The notes beneath the pieces are model-generated. The model did not search any database. It was not told the origin of the DNA and saw only the letters and a list, made by a program, of their open reading frames with translations. DNA of 63,028 nucleotides, the filler included, from Octopus bimaculoides (Eukaryota), in the NCBI RefSeq assembly GCF_001194135.2. It is 4 parts of 4 records of this genome, joined end to end, with 100 filler letters (N's around TTAATTAATTAA, not from the genome) between each part and the next. Parts side by side here need not be neighbours in the genome. Positions count along the whole stretch, not along the records: positions 59,279 to 60,562 come from NW_026344995.1; positions 60,663 to 63,028 come from NW_026327075.1; 2 more parts are not named here. One strand, given 5' to 3'. The translations under genes were made by a program, and so were the position numbers. Shown one piece after another: positions 59,390 through 63,028 of this stretch; position 1 is the first letter of the stretch, and each line of letters starts with the position of its first letter.

Positions 59390-60170
59390 TGCATACAGTT
59401 CTCAGGATACAGCCATAGAGAAAGGATCAGAGTATATAAAGGAGCCATGAGGAAATTTGAAACTCTCATACGTAACAATGGGAATGGGATTTGCCCACTC
59501 TATAGAAGCAAGTCATGGAACACTATTGAAAGGACTAAGAAAAAAATAGGGAAGGCCAACTCATAGTATGATAGCCACAAATACCAGAGTGTAATGTTTG
59601 TTGGCACCACCCCTAGAGGCGAATTGGTGTACCACTTGAGAAGGGCCCTAGANNNNNNNNNNACCACCCCTAGAGGCGAATTGGTGTACCACTTGAGAAG
59701 GGCCCTAGACAAACTTAAGCTAAGAATTAAGGTTGTAGAAAGGCCAGGTAACCCTATCAAATCCATAATCAGTAGAAACTACCCTTTTAGTAGAACCCCC
59801 TGTACTGATAGGAACTGTATTGTATGTAGATTTAGCCTACAAACAAACTGTAAAGCTAGGAATGTAGTCTATAGTATTAGATGTACAGAGGGACAGTGCA
59901 GTAACAAAACAATGATGTACGTAGAGGAGACAGCATGGAGCATAGGAGAGTGGGTAAATGAGCATTGGAGGGAACTTAAGGAAGCGAAGAGCTAATCAGT
60001 TCTATACCAGCACGCTAAGTGGGAACGCGGGGGCTCACTCAACAACATAGAAGTTAAAGTCTTGTCCACACATAGAACAGATGCAACACTTAGACAAATT
60101 ACGAAAGCTACACACATAATAGAATATAAACCTAGCCTGAATAAAAAACTAGAATGGAACACTAGCATAC
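59390..60170 (+). mobile_element. Penelope-like element, C-terminal linker plus GIY-YIG endonuclease remnant
   Basis: SVMFVGTTPRGEL...KVVERPG...C..CIVC...NVVYSIRC...YVEET....EH...RQITKA.HI...PSLN. Confidence 0.8.
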
Positions 60171-60562
60171 ACTGCCACACACCACAACCTATGACAGAAT
60201 AAGATCCCCATAAACTGATAATAATATGAAAATAATACAAAAAAAAATAATGCAATACACAGATAAATAAATGGAATTAAATAACTATATACATAAACAA
60301 AATAAATTAAATTAAATTAATACAAAAAAAGTGAGTAGATATAAACAAATGAATAAAATAAATAAAAGTAAATTAAACGAACGTGTATAAACAAGGGATA
60401 CTGATAATGCAGGCACCATACACAATCCCACACACACTTACTAAGCATGGACACACATAGGGGTATATGCATGCACAAATAAAGAGACATACAACAGGAA
60501 TATAAAATGGCTGATCATTAGTAAGGAGAGACACACAAAAAAGAAAGAAGAAAGCAAAGGAC

Positions 60563-60662
60563 NNNNNNNNNNNNNNNNNNNNNNNNNNNNNNNNNNNNNN
60601 NNNNNNTTAATTAATTAANNNNNNNNNNNNNNNNNNNNNNNNNNNNNNNNNNNNNNNNNNNN
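60563..60662. other. Unsized gap with six-frame-stop linker
   Basis: 44 N + TTAATTAATTAA + 44 N. Confidence 0.95.
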
Positions 60663-60739
60663 ATATATATACTATATGCTAACAGAATGGGAAAAAAGTC
60701 AGCCACAAGACTCCAAAGTATGACATTTAATATACACAC

Positions 60740-60746
60740 ATCAAAA

Positions 60747-60781
<35 letters not shown>

Positions 60782-61373
60782 TTTAACGAGAGTTACATGC
60801 ACACATTACAGCACAAAAAAACTGTGCCACTCGTGACATTTAGGATAAATATATATTGTCAAAAAACACACGTAAATACATAGCAAAATATAAATGCTTA
60901 TATGCTTATGGGTGTGTATATGTGTGTGTGTATGCATATGTGTGTGTTGTGTTTACGAAGAATGTATGAAGAATGTATATAGACTAGAAGAAAGACAATT
61001 AAAAAAGACACTGTCTAGGAAGTTGTTATGTGACATTTTTATATGTAAAGATACAACCAGGTGTATATGTATATTCATATATACATATATATATCTATGC
61101 TTACATATCTATATATACATATATATATACATATATATATATATACACACAGAGACATATATATATATACATATATATACTTACATATACAGATAAGTAT
61201 CCGTATAAAATATTCATTTATTTTTTATATGACAAGCGTATAAAAGAACGTGCACAAAGACACACATACGTACATAGATCCATACATACACACATATATA
61301 GATAAATATATACCCACCTATATAGATGTTTATATAGGCCTGCATATGTATATATATATATATATATATATAT
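60740..61373. repeat. (TA)n/(CA)n/(TG)n low-complexity field
   Basis: Degenerate dinucleotide repeats. Confidence 0.85.
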
Positions 61374-62353
61374 NNNNNNNNNNNNNNNNNNNNNNNNNNN
61401 NNNNNNNNNNNNNNNNNNNNNNNNNNNNNNNNNNNNNNNNNNNNNNNNNNNNNNNNNNNNNNNNNNNNNNNNNNNNNNNNNNNNNNNNNNNNNNNNNNNN
61501 NNNNNNNNNNNNNNNNNNNNNNNNNNNNNNNNNNNNNNNNNNNNNNNNNNNNNNNNNNNNNNNNNNNNNNNNNNNNNNNNNNNNNNNNNNNNNNNNNNNN
61601 NNNNNNNNNNNNNNNNNNNNNNNNNNNNNNNNNNNNNNNNNNNNNNNNNNNNNNNNNNNNNNNNNNNNNNNNNNNNNNNNNNNNNNNNNNNNNNNNNNNN
61701 NNNNNNNNNNNNNNNNNNNNNNNNNNNNNNNNNNNNNNNNNNNNNNNNNNNNNNNNNNNNNNNNNNNNNNNNNNNNNNNNNNNNNNNNNNNNNNNNNNNN
61801 NNNNNNNNNNNNNNNNNNNNNNNNNNNNNNNNNNNNNNNNNNNNNNNNNNNNNNNNNNNNNNNNNNNNNNNNNNNNNNNNNNNNNNNNNNNNNNNNNNNN
61901 NNNNNNNNNNNNNNNNNNNNNNNNNNNNNNNNNNNNNNNNNNNNNNNNNNNNNNNNNNNNNNNNNNNNNNNNNNNNNNNNNNNNNNNNNNNNNNNNNNNN
62001 NNNNNNNNNNNNNNNNNNNNNNNNNNNNNNNNNNNNNNNNNNNNNNNNNNNNNNNNNNNNNNNNNNNNNNNNNNNNNNNNNNNNNNNNNNNNNNNNNNNN
62101 NNNNNNNNNNNNNNNNNNNNNNNNNNNNNNNNNNNNNNNNNNNNNNNNNNNNNNNNNNNNNNNNNNNNNNNNNNNNNNNNNNNNNNNNNNNNNNNNNNNN
62201 NNNNNNNNNNNNNNNNNNNNNNNNNNNNNNNNNNNNNNNNNNNNNNNNNNNNNNNNNNNNNNNNNNNNNNNNNNNNNNNNNNNNNNNNNNNNNNNNNNNN
62301 NNNNNNNNNNNNTGTGGTTGTGGTGGTTGTGGTGGTGGTGGTGGTGGTGGTGG

Positions 62354-62530
62354 TGTCGTCAGTGATCGAACCCAAAATCCAATCAGTTCGTGCCAGTCAC
62401 GAGGCCAAACATCCCTGAAAAAGTTTCATCCGAATCCATCCATCGTTTCTCGAGATATCTTATCCACGGACAAACAAACAAACAAACACAACTGAAAACA
62501 GTACCTCCGCCTTCGCTAAGGCGAACATAA
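62354..62530 (+). mobile_element. Short interspersed element with (CAAA)n and terminal hairpin, possibly Helentron/HINE-like
   Basis: CGCCTT-CGCT-AAGGCG hairpin at 62508-62523; related copy at about 56740-56930. Confidence 0.45.
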
Positions 62531-62532
62531 TA

Positions 62533-62724
62533 AATAATTAAATCATTCTACAAAACAGACTCTCGTTAGAAGCAGAAAAAAAAGATATACCAATATATTA
62601 TTATGTCTTAAGTATACGGAACATTCGCTGTAACGTTTCGTATGCTTGACACCTAAAGATACATTGGTATATCTTTTTTTCTGCCTAACGATAAGATTCT
62701 GCTTAATTAAAGAATTTAATTATT
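62533..62724. repeat. Imperfect inverted repeat (62533-62594 / 62663-62724)
   Basis: CGTTAG..GCAGAAAAAAAAGATATACCAAT versus ATTGGTATATCTTTTTTTCTGCCTAACG. Confidence 0.7.
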
Positions 62725-63028
62725 ACAATTATAATCTTTAAAGTATGAATCGAAACTATATGAGATCATGTTTATTTTTGCAGTTAATAAATATGCATAT
62801 TAATTGATGTATCTCCATTTTTTAATTATTTTTCTAACCGTAAACCTAACCCATAAAGCTTGGTTTATCTAATTACCTGTTATTCATGAGTAATATAATT
62901 AATATTCACAGCAAATAACAGGTGATTTCTTAATGAGGCTTATCCAACCGCTAATTGAACTTTATATATATATATAACATTTATACATACATACACACAC
63001 GTATATATATATATATATATATATATAT

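Noticed and set aside
6476-62375. Long ORFs in the supplied track made mostly of X (for example 9515-10165, 11152-12012, 12689-13663, 22772-23443, 61218-62375)
   Set aside because: They read through N-gaps and microsatellites and are artefacts, not genes

Overview
Eukaryotic, AT-rich, repeat-dense genomic DNA from a gapped draft assembly (16 N-gaps). The repeat landscape suggests an octopus or other coleoid cephalopod; this is an inference. I hand-spliced three genes, none of which the ORF track shows as a whole. (1) ASNA1/GET3 (+) has 6 exons at 8582-29054 encoding 223 codons, and its C-terminal third is missing. (2) DNALI1 (axonemal inner-dynein light chain p28, -) is represented only by coding exon 1 at 33116-33036, preceded by a near-consensus RFX X-box next to a forkhead site. 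(3) ELP1/IKBKAP (Elongator subunit 1, +) has 14 in-frame coding exons at 35452-57701 (1720 nt, about 573 codons) and continues beyond the window or into a gap. DNALI1 and ELP1 are head-to-head, probably on a shared bidirectional promoter. ASNA1 and DNALI1 both run into the same unsized 100-nt gap (31007-31106), which carries an artificial six-frame-stop linker. Introns contain RTE, CR1-like, R4-like and Penelope retroelements, tRNA/CORE-type SINEs, Helitrons, a hAT fragment, MITEs and microsatellites. ELP1 introns also hold several strong fold-back structures, inverted repeat pairs that bracket exons, and an 88-nt pri-miRNA-like hairpin. Gene and repeat family names come from motif recognition, not database searches. 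Repeat boundaries are approximate; exon boundaries were counted base by base.
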